A stretch of 64,000 nucleotides of DNA. It comes from Tubulanus polymorphus (taxonomy: Eukaryota > Animalia > Nemertea). The position numbers and the translations under genes are program-made. This document shows positions 29,199-40,200 of the stretch, piece after piece. The notes under the pieces were generated by a model. It had not been told where the DNA came from, did not search any database, and was given only the letters and a program-made list of their open reading frames with translations. The stretch's first letter is position 1, and each line of letters begins with the position of its first letter. Where the stretch lies: assembly GCF_964204645.1 (NCBI RefSeq), contig NC_134030.1:9761222-9825221 (forward strand), written 5' to 3'.

Positions 29199-29238
29199 CA
29201 CCTGACGATGATCTCTAGGGTGAGATCGAAACGTCGTG
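29199..29238 (+). ncRNA. Minimal type I hammerhead ribozyme motif (PLE type)
   Basis: CAC-CTGACGA-T-GATCTC-tagggt-GAGATC-GAAA-CGTC-GTG: intact core, 6-bp stem II, GUC cleavage triplet, 3-bp stem I. Confidence 0.65.
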
Positions 29239-30329
29239 TCTTAAATATATTTTAGATTAAATAATAAATTCTTGTTTTTAATTTTTTTAAATCTGTAGAT
29301 AGTGGGTTTTTATCTTATTATAACACCGTACATACTTTGTTTACGTCCGATAGTTCCCGGTCTCCACGGGTACAGGTCATCAAAGCTCATAGGGTCTCCA
29401 CGGGCATGGACACATAGATTTTAAATGGCCCGGACTTAATTCCATTGCGAATAGATTGAACAGTTTGAAGTTCTGGGCCAAAGGAAATCACACGTGGTTT
29501 CCACGGGTATAACTCTAGTAACATATAAATGGCGGCTGACATGTTGTGTACACGAACGGCGTTTTCTCCGTAAAAACTATGGCCAGCCTTCTCGCTCGAG
29601 CTCTAACGTGGTTTCCCGCGACGAAACCGCGGCCACCAGTCAGCACAGTTTCCGGTATGAGTCTAGTTAGGGGTAATCTGTTCATTAAAGGCCCGGGGTT
29701 GACTTGTCAACTGTCGAAACGCGTTTCCGTCGGTGCCTGATCAAAGAATACCGAACACTAGTAATTTTCTTCGACGACGCGATTCGGAGTTCGTCATATC
29801 GACGCATCGCGTGATTTAGGGAAGAAAAAAAGCTCGATGCATTTTTAGTTACGCCATGGAAGTATAGAATAACAATGAAGATTCCTCCAGCGAGGAGCGC
29901 TTTAACAGCGATCTGTTAAACGTATCGTTGTTCCTCGTAACCTAATTAGGAAACAAGAAACAAAAATACCAGAACACTGATAATTTATGTACGGTAATTA
30001 GAAGATTCGTAGAATAGCCGTGTTAACCGGGTGTAGAATAGATACAACGAGCAAGTAATACTTATATAGGTTAGCTATTTCACTCTTGACGCACGAGCTT
30101 TCGCTACTAATGTATAGTAGCTTAGGTGAATCTATATAGCTACTTTACATCCGTAGACTAAGCTCGCGCGTCGAAGTTAACCAGTTAGAACTACTCGTCT
30201 TGTACGGTAATTGGGCGTTATTCTCTACCCACGATGTACTCTATTCGATAGTGTGCATTGGATTAGATACTCATCTTCAAACTTCAAACAGTCATCATAT
30301 TAAAGACGATAGACAGATCCATATACCTA

Positions 30330-30809
30330 CACAGAACCAGGTGTCAGAACCAGAAGTCAGGTGTCCGAAAACTTTGGAAACGTTTTAAGCTACCGTCGTG
30401 AATGTTGCGTCAAAAATACAAACTTTACTTCTTAACTGAACCCCCAATCTGTATAGTATCACAGCACCAACCAAATATACGTCAACACTTTCATCCTTGA
30501 GACGAGAAAACACACAATACCCGTGTACGATGAATAACGAGAGAAATCCCACCAATAAATTCAGCCAAAAATCAGTACGCCTGACGATGGCTGATAGTAT
30601 TTACCCGAAACGTTGCATGAAATATATACATATATCATTTTACTATAGAAGTTTTCATTTTTGGCTGAATTTATGGTGGAATTTCTCTCGACTTTCATTC
30701 AGATTCAATTGAAATTTAGAAAAAAATCTAACGGTGACCATCCTACGGATCCTTGCCTGCCATTACGTCGAATCCTCGATTGCCAAAGTAGAACTGCGGG
30801 TACCCTATT
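30330..30809 (+). mobile_element. GGGGTACC-TIR MITE copy with nested Penelope-like palindrome (30535-30690)
   Basis: Family core ggatccttgcctgcc...gggtaccctatt; the insert has CTGACGA (30581) ... GAAACGTT (30607) and gagaaatcccac/gtggaatttctc ends. Confidence 0.65.
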
Positions 30810-31221
30810 CGACGAAAAACCCTAACTCAATGGTGAAAACTCGACACTTTGATGAAGCGGGGAGATAGCTATTAGACGGATTCAGCGCGGACAGAATGGA
30901 CGACTTCTCAACGACGATGAAATTATCGAACAGCAAAAAAATGTTTTGAATGGAAATTCTGATGATCATATACAATAAAACTCCAGCATTTTACAGGAAG
31001 GATGAATCGACACAAGATACTAGATTTAGTTAAAAAGTTTGCGTGATAATCCTGGATGACAGATTAGTCAGATCCCAGTAGACAAAACTGGATATTTTGA
31101 TTGCAGTATGTTCAATTTGTATTCATTAGATACTTATTCCGGTGAAGAATAAAATAGATATATATCATGTAGAAAAACTGAATCGTAGCCGGATGACTAA
31201 GAATTAATGTCGTCGATAAGT

Positions 31222-34200
31222 TTACTTTTTCTTCCTTCCAAGGGTCACTGAAAAAGAAAATCAGCCACAAGTAAATATTCAAGCGAATAATGCTGGTAAC
31301 TCGATAAAAGATTTGTATATTTTCTGCGGCCTGCTTACTCAAATGGTTTGATCCACCAGAAAATTGCTTCGTGCACGTCGCACCCGACACCGTGTATCCG
31401 TCTGGACAAGTCAGAATCGGTTCTGCAATAAAACCAATCAACTATTTAAAACCGATTAAAAAAACATATATATCGTCTACGAAATGTCAAAGACTTTTAT
31501 TTGACTTAAAAGATGACTACAGATGACTAGATAGAAAAATTAACCTTTGAGGGTTAAATTACCGGGTTCTGGAACTTACCCCCAGCAGAATTGATACAGT
31601 ACGGGGTGTCTTTTGCCCATTCCGATCCGGCCGCACATGTGACCTTTATACCGTCGGGTACACTACCGCCGAACATAGCCTCCAACGTCCCCAAACATCG
31701 TAACCCGTTTTGCACCGTTCCGTTTGGACATTGGCTTGTTTGGCCTTAAAGATTAGAACGATTAATTTTTCCGTTCATTTCATTTCAATAAAGAAAGATT
31801 TAAGTATTAAGATAAAAAAGACTATCATCCACTCGCAAACCTCTGACTATTCCGCCGTAATTAGAATCACATCAAAGTATAGCAAAGGCTTTACGAAAAA
31901 AATACCAGTGCATTTTGAGCTGTACTTACTCGCACCAAGAGACCCGCTAGAATGCGTCGATGAACCGCCAGACTGGACCCCGCCCTGTTCCGTAGCTTTC
32001 TGCATGCACAATGAGTCCGACGACATTGAAAATCCATCCGGACACGTTAGGACCGGTTCTGCAAACACGTCCCGAATATAACGTTTACAATGGTGGCCGA
32101 TTCGAGCCGCATACGTATCTTTCCATCCCCCACGAGAACGCTCAAAAAATTCTAACCGTCCAAAAACAAATCTAACCGTCCAAAAACAAATCTAACTGCC
32201 AAAAAAACAAAGCGCGCAGAAATGAAATTGTTTGCTTTTGATCGGTTTATAATGGAACACCGGCACCTACCAGATGGCGCCACATAACACTGGGTCATTC
32301 GTAGTGAAAATCGGTCCATTTTCAATGAAAGTGGAACGTGATTTTTAGGCTTCCAAGTTCGCCAATTTTTAAACAAGTCATTGAATGCATATATAAGATT
32401 CGCGGGGTGTGGTATTGATTTTGCTAAAAATCTATTTACTTATGAGAAACGTTGAATCGAATGTAATTGAAATTGAGAATGAACTGTAACCCAGTGCCAC
32501 TAACGACACCTGGCGGAATCCTCGCTGCTGACACAAGAAGCGTTGCCATTGATTTTGCGTTTTGCAAAAAAAACGGTTTTTTTTCACATTTTCTGGGAAA
32601 ATGGAAAAATGTGGATGTGGCTCGAATCAGCTAGTTTACAGAACGTTGCAGCTTGAAAATTCATTATAACGCAAAAGATATCGCGCAAGCTCTTTATTCA
32701 CACTCACTCACCCCCGGCATGGTTGATGCAATACGGAGTGTCTTTCACCCATTCCGATCCGGCCGCACATGTGACCTTTATACCGTCGGGTACACTACCG
32801 TTGAACATAGTCTCCAACGTTCCCAAACATAGTAACCCATTTCGCACCGTAACCTGTTTTCTACCGGCTCGACACGGGCTTGATTGGCCTTTAAAAGATG
32901 TAAACGATACATGTTTCTATTCAGCTTATTTCGAAACGAAAGAATCGGATCGAAGAAAAGGAATTTTAGAATCTTCGAATTCTATATACATATAGAATAT
33001 GAGGCAATATCGATCATCTCTACCGGTAATCACTAAACCAACTGATCGTCACTGCTTATTATATCAACGAATACGAAGACTTGAAAAATGAATTTGTACC
33101 AAGAGATCCACCAGAATGCATCGCGGAGCCTCCAGACTGGACACTGCCCTGTTCCGTGACTTTCTGCATACATGATGAGCTACCAATCTGTGAGTATCCT
33201 TCGGGACAAGTGAGGATCGGTTCTGCAAATAGAACACCAAGCAAAGCATCTGAGGCCGGTTCCTATAGTCGAGACTTAATAGCATAAGTTGTCATAAATC
33301 TGAAGACTGAGCTGACGTTTTTCTAGATTAGCAACGTCATATCCTACTATGGTAATCTTAGAGTGGTCTTAAAGTCTAAGCGACGACTATGGAAACGGTC
33401 CAAGCAGAATAACGAAGCTTGAAATGCATCGTAAGGAAAAAATATCGCATGGTTTTACGCTCACTCACCCCCTGCCGAATTGATGCAATAAGGTGTCTGC
33501 TCCACCAATTTTGTGCCGGCCGGACATGTGACCTTCGCGCCCTTGACCGCCAATTTTTCCAAACAATAACGCCCTGCTTGTACCATGTCCGCTGCACAGT
33601 GATGAGTTTGACCTTTGATATTGAAAATAGTTACTTAAGAGTTCTACTACATTCTCTTATGTAACTTAATGCGTTATTTAAGGGGTTCTGCGTTCGAGTC
33701 GATGTGCACTACGTCATCAGCCGTTTAAAAAGTAGCAATTTCAATTGTGAATTTCGGATGTGATGGATTTTAGAGATGATGTGCACCACGTCATCAATAT
33801 ATCGGGGCTACATTGGTTGATATATTGAAATCCGAAATAACCATCTTGATCCTTATGATTTATATTTAATTTATATATTACTTATCGTTTGTTTTCTTGT
33901 TCATCGGGGATTCAATGGCTATTAGATATTGGATTTACATGTTTCCAAGGTTATTTTGCAAACTATCCATTTTAAATCGATATCGTTTCAACATAACTTC
34001 ACCTGGTTTAACGAACGTTCTAGTCATATGTTTCACGTATCCTTCCATTGAGTTGAATTGGGTGAAATATTCCACTAACCAACTTGCGCTCCACCTTTCG
34101 CTCCCAGACAGAATGCGGAAGAAGCCGAATTTTTTGGCTTTGAGTTTGAAGAAATACGGTTTCATCTGGTGTTGCACAGGCGTTGGAGGGCTGTAGTACC

Positions 34201-37200
34201 CGACGACAACGATGCTTCTGTCGAAACCATCTCGTAGTCTAAAATGGAGAATAACTGGTTACAATCTCAGCTGGAAGTTGTTAAAAATTCAAATAATCAA
34301 AGCACACAGCCCAGGGAATCGGGAAACAGTGCAACAGAGAAATACAGAATCAGACATGTTCAATCCCGAAACCACGTTTCTCGTTTTACGTAAACGCACG
34401 TGACCAGGGAAACGCTCGTAAGCATTGATATTTGATTCCGTGTTTCTGCGTTTGCTGCCTGTTATCCTGTGCCGGGTTCGTTGGGCTTAAGATTATCACA
34501 TCGAATCTTACGTACTCGATATTGGAGGCCATTTTCCATTGGTTGACGTAATCGGGTTGACCAGGTTCCCGCCTCAACTGCATCAACTGCATCACGTAGA
34601 AATGCTTCTTCGTTTCGTCGGTAAACTCGAGCTTCACGTTCGGGCTCGATTTCATTCCTGATGAAAATGGTGACCACTATCAATTAACACTTTGTTAACA
34701 TGATACACCAAAAACAAATACGAACGGGACTTTGATTTCATTTTGATACTATGCACTAACAATGGGATACTGGGGCCGTAATCACGAAGCACCCGTAATC
34801 CCACGTGTCACGTAACTCTGCCCGTAAGTTCGCCCGTATATCTTACGTGACACGTAACATACGGGTGCTTCCTGAATACGGTCCCTCGCAACACCAGATG
34901 GCACTACAAAACACTAGCTTAAATTGTTGTAAATAGTGTATATATATTATTAATAACTTTGTTATATTATATCAAGACAAGCTTATATTTTCTGTCGAAC
35001 GTAAATATTGTATACTTTACAGTCTCCCTCCATGTACCACAGAAAAGATTGTAGTGTAATAAAATCTTTATCCTTATCCTTATCCGTAGTGAAAATTGGT
35101 TCATTTTCAATGAAATTTGCACCTGAATTTTGGGCTTCCAAATCCGAAAATTATCGAACGATTAATCGGATAGATATAACATTGACATTCTTACTCAGTG
35201 TATGGTATAGATTTTACTGAAAATTGATTTACTAATCGAAATAGTTCACTCGAATTTAAATGAAATGTAGAAGAAATTGAAGTGCGGTAGCCTAGTGCCA
35301 CTAGCGATCACCGAATCCTCGCTTCCCTCGGTAGCCTTGCCGGTATTCCATTGATAGCTTTTCTAATATGAATAGTTTGATTACGACTTTCGCGTACTAC
35401 ACTGACCTGTGATAATTACATACATCCGTGTGTACTTTGGCCCTAATCGGAATAACTGGACGAGGAATTGCAGGAATTGCACGGCGATTTGGAATTCGCC
35501 TTCACCGACCGATGCATCGACCATGAAAATCATATCCATTCGCATTTCCAGCATCAAACCTGTTATAAAATCAAGTGGATTGAACGAGGGATATGTGTTA
35601 CGTTACGTTGTTAAGAAGACAATAAGGAAAATGATAAACAATAAGCATAGAAAAGTTACCGGTAAATTCGAACTGAGCTTCGCTTGGCGCCAACGATTGC
35701 ATCATTTGTGCTGACGTGCTGACGCTGCTTATCACCTCGAAATTTGTAACCTTTTTCAAGAATTCCGAATCTACGCTTTGTCCAATGGGGACGATGTATC
35801 CTCGCGCGTTGTTTCGACTCAAAGTGTTTTTGTAAGTTTCGGAGAACAACGTTTTGAACTGCGGTTTATCTTGTTTGTCCGGGTTGAAGGCCCCGATCAG
35901 AATCGTAATTACACCAGCCGATGGCTCTGGTCGTTTGAATTGCCTTAAATGAATATGTAATCACCTGAATTTTACTTCAAATTATGATTTCTGTATTAGT
36001 ATTAGTATTTGAAAATAACTCAATCGCGAGACATGTTGCGCCATTAGTGAATTCAATCGCAGCAATCGATGGCAGGCGAGGATCCACCAGGTTCGCTAGT
36101 AGTCGCTCTGTCTTGCGCGATTGATTTCATCTTCATTTCAAATGAAACTGAATGGATTTTTTCTTAAATGAATCAATAATTAATGAAAACAATACCGATA
36201 TCTGAGAAAGAAAAATGACGAAGATAATATATAGATTCGGGAACCTCAAAATTCATATCAAAGTTCATGGAAAATGAACTAATTTTTACAACGTAAGACT
36301 GAGTGCTCGTCCCGCCATCTGGTGGCCAGTTCCCCATTCAAAGGCCCTTTTTACCAGCACAATCGGAACAGATTAGCAATTTGGATTATGTAGCCCATTA
36401 GTTTCATTTAATAACCGGGTATGTTGGTTGATGTGTAAGGAAACGTACTTGGAATTAATCAAATTGATTGCAGTTTTCACCAGTGACGTGTAGTCCGGTT
36501 TGTTGCCAGTGTACTTAATATTCTCAATCGACGTGACGTAACCCGTGATGTCATCCGCCGTCGGAGACTGCTGCTTTTCAGCCCGCGGGAATCTAGACGT
36601 TAAAACCTTTTCGGAAACACCTGTGACGGAATAATCAAGAATCATACGAGCAAGGCAATAAGCGAGGTAGAAAAAATAGCGACCTCCTTCATACGCAGAT
36701 GACTGGAAGGTCAGTTTGTACGGGCTACTTCATCAAGGCGAGTTCGATTAGTCTCTGCCTTAACCGGAATTCTCTTCTCGCCGACCAGAATACGCTCCAT
36801 ACACCTTTCCGTAATATCATCAATCTGTTAACATGGCATAACGTGGCTGATTTGGGCCATTTTTTCTGTATAGGCACGATGACAAATTTTTAGACAAATG
36901 TTTTCTGGCGCAAGAACTCAAAAAGGTTTCCAAACGAAAAAAAAACCTTTTTGTGAGAATTCTCGCGCGAGAAAACAAAAAAGGACCAGCGAGAAAAGTT
37001 TTCTATCGTGCCTAATGCCGTACAGAAAACAATTTTAGTATCTTAGTATGGGCCAAATTAACCACATGTCTAACCTGGTATGTCTAAGTCCGGTAATCCG
37101 GCATAGCCATTCATAAAATGGAATACGTTCATTCGAAACCAGACCAACTCGCTATTCTGCGTGAAAAACTCGATCACGATAGCATTCGATATGGATATAT

Positions 37201-40200
37201 TGAATTTCATTCTTTAATGATTAGGTTCACGTTTACCTGTGATGAAGACAAATATCCGTGTATTTCGTGGTAACTGTTTTATAGTTCGTAAAAAGCCGAT
37301 CAGCATAGTTTTCGCTTTCTTGAAACCATCCAGTCCAGTTTTTCTCGAGGCGTCGACGAATAATATGAAATCTAGCGGTTTATCGACAGCAGCTACAGCG
37401 AGATATTAAGAAACAAATACGTAATGTACATTATGTAGATCGCGTTAGAAGTCGTCATTTCGGAAATCGTTCCGGGGCTTTTTCAGCGAATGATTCCGAA
37501 GGCGCAGTTTAAACTCAAATTGAGACGTATTACAGTGCAGCCGCGTGTGTCAACAAAATGGTGTCGAATCCGTTCAAATTTTCAGACAAAAAGAGGGCTA
37601 CTTTGATGGTTAACAAGGTTTCATCTTGAGCGCGAGTTTCCACTACCATAGCGCGGGTTACCTGGTGAAGCCACTATACACTAGCGAAAGCCCGTACTTT
37701 ACAATAACATTACAGTTACCCTTCAAACTATTGTCCTATTTGTCTTCACGTTTGCAACGTAGACAACCAGATCGGTTTCGCCGTTACGTAGTTTGGCGAT
37801 ATCTATCCGAATCCTTTGCTCGTTTTCCGTGTATAAAAGAAACGTTTTATTCCGAACGGAATGTTCACATACCTCCTGAGGGATATGGAATTCCGACATT
37901 ATTTGCATGTAGATTTCGTAGTCCCGTTTCTTTTAGGGCTCCTACTAAGAGAAGAGAATGACAGCAAATTGAACAAATTGAACTACGAGACCTAGCTATG
38001 CTCACTGGCTTACTCGTGGACATACATCAAGTTTATTTAGTTTGTAAGTTCGTGGTTTTATAATAGAAGACATTGGTTGATTTGCTTCTTCACTGAAAAT
38101 ATAAGTTTGGTGGACTAAATATTAGATAGGATGAAGGAAACGAAAAAATATGTCCTTCTCTTACAGAGCTTGTATCATCAGGAAGGTGAATAACTAAGAA
38201 TACTAATATTTCCGCTCACCTGGTTTTCTTCCAGTTGGTGCCCCTCCAGTTGGTGCCTTTCCAGGTGGTTTCACTCCTGTTGGTGTCTCTCCAGACGGTG
38301 TCTCTCCGGATGGTATCTCTCCATGTGGATTCCCTCCAGTTGGTGTCTCTCCAGATGGCGTCTCTCCAGCTGGATTCCCTCCATTTGGTGTCTCTCCATG
38401 TGGATTCCCTCCAGTTGGTGTCTCTCCAGATGGCGTCTCTCCAGCTGGATTCCCTCCATTTGGTGTCTCTCCATGTGGATTCCCTCCAGTTGGTGCCTCT
38501 CCAGATGGCGTCTCTCCAGCTGGATTCCCTCCGTTTGGTGTCTCTCCAGATGGTGTCTCTCCAGGTGGATTCCCTCCAGTTGGTGTCTCTCCGGATGGTG
38601 TCTCCCCATGCGGATTCCCTCCAGTTGGTGTCTCTCCAGATGGTATCTCTCCATGTGGATTCCCTCCAGTTGGTGCCTCTCCAGATGGCGTCTCTCCAGC
38701 TGGATTCCCTCCGTTTGGTGTCTCTCCAGATGGTGTCTCTCCAGGTGGATTCCCTCCAGTTGGTGTCTTTCCATGTGGATTCCCTCCAGTTGGTGCCTCT
38801 CCAGATGGCGTCTCTCCAGGTGGATTCCCTCCAGTTGGTGTCTCTCCGGATGGTGTCTCCCCATGCGGATTCCCTCCAGTTGGTGTCTCTCCGGATGGTA
38901 TCTCTCCATGTGGATTCCCTCCAGTTGGTGTCTCTCCAGATGGTGTCTCTCCAGGTGGATTCCCTCCAGTTGGTGTCTTTCCATGTGGATTCCCTCCAGT
39001 TGGTGCCTCTCCAGATGGCGTCTCTCCAGCTGGATTCCCTCCATTTGGTGTCTCTCCATGTGGATTCCCTCCAGTTGGTGTCTCTCCAGATGGCGTCTCT
39101 CCAGCTGGATTCCCTCCATTTGGTGTCTCTCCATGTGGATTCCCTCCAGTTGGTGTCTCTCCAGATGGTGTCTCTCCAGGTGGATTCCCTCCAGTTGGTG
39201 TCTCTCCGGATGGTGTCTCCCCATGCGGATTCCCTCCAGTTGGTGTCTCTCCAGATGGTATCTCTCCAGCTGGATTCCCTCCGTTTGGTGTCTCTCCATG
39301 TGGATTCCCTCCAGTTGGTGTCTCTCCAGATGGTGTCTCTCCAGGTGGATTCCCTCCAGTTGGTGTCTCTCCGGATGGTGTCTCTCCATGTGGATTCCCT
39401 CCAGTTGGTGTCTCTCCAGATGGTGTCTCTCCAGGTGGATTCCCTCCAGTTGGTGTCTCTCCGGATGGTGTCTCCCCATGCGGATTCCCTCCAGTTGGTG
39501 TCTCTCCAGATGGTATCTCTCCATGTGGATTCCCTCCAGTTGGTGTCTCTCCAGATGGTGTCTCTCCATGTGGATTCCCTCCAGTTGGTGTCTCTCCGGA
39601 TGGTGTCTCTCCAGGTGGATTCCCTCCAGTTGGTGTCTCTCCGGATGGTGTCTCTCCAGGTGGATTCCCTCCAGTTGGTGTCTCTCCGGATGGTGTCTCC
39701 CCATGCGGATTCCCTCCAGTTGGTGTCTCTCCAGATGGTATCTCTCCATGTGGATTCCCTCCAGTTGGTGTCTCTCCAGATGGTGTCTCTCCAGGTGGAT
39801 TCCCTCCAGTTGGTGTCTCTCCGGATGGTGTCTCCCCATGCGGATTCCCTCCAGTTGGTGTCTCTCCAGATGGTATCTCTCCATGTGGATTCCCTCCAGT
39901 TGGTGTCTCTCCAGATGGTGTCTCTCCAGGTGGATTCCCTCCAGTTGGTGCCTCTCCAGATGGTGTCTCTCCAGGTGGATTCCCTCCAGTTGGTGTCTTT
40001 CCATGTGGATTCCCTCCAGTTGGTGCCTCTCCAGATGGCGTCTCTCCAGCTGGATTCCCTCCATTTGGTGTCTCTCCATGTGGATTCCCTCCAGTTGGTG
40101 TCTCTCCAGCTGGATTCCCTCCATTTGGTGTCTCTCCATGTGGATTCCCTCCAGTTGGTGCCTCTCCAGATGGCGTCTCTCCAGCTGGATTCCCTCCGTT

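Noticed and set aside
39-31000. Many 60-115 aa ORFs in the left half
   Set aside because: Random-length ORFs without domain signatures, many inside repeats.
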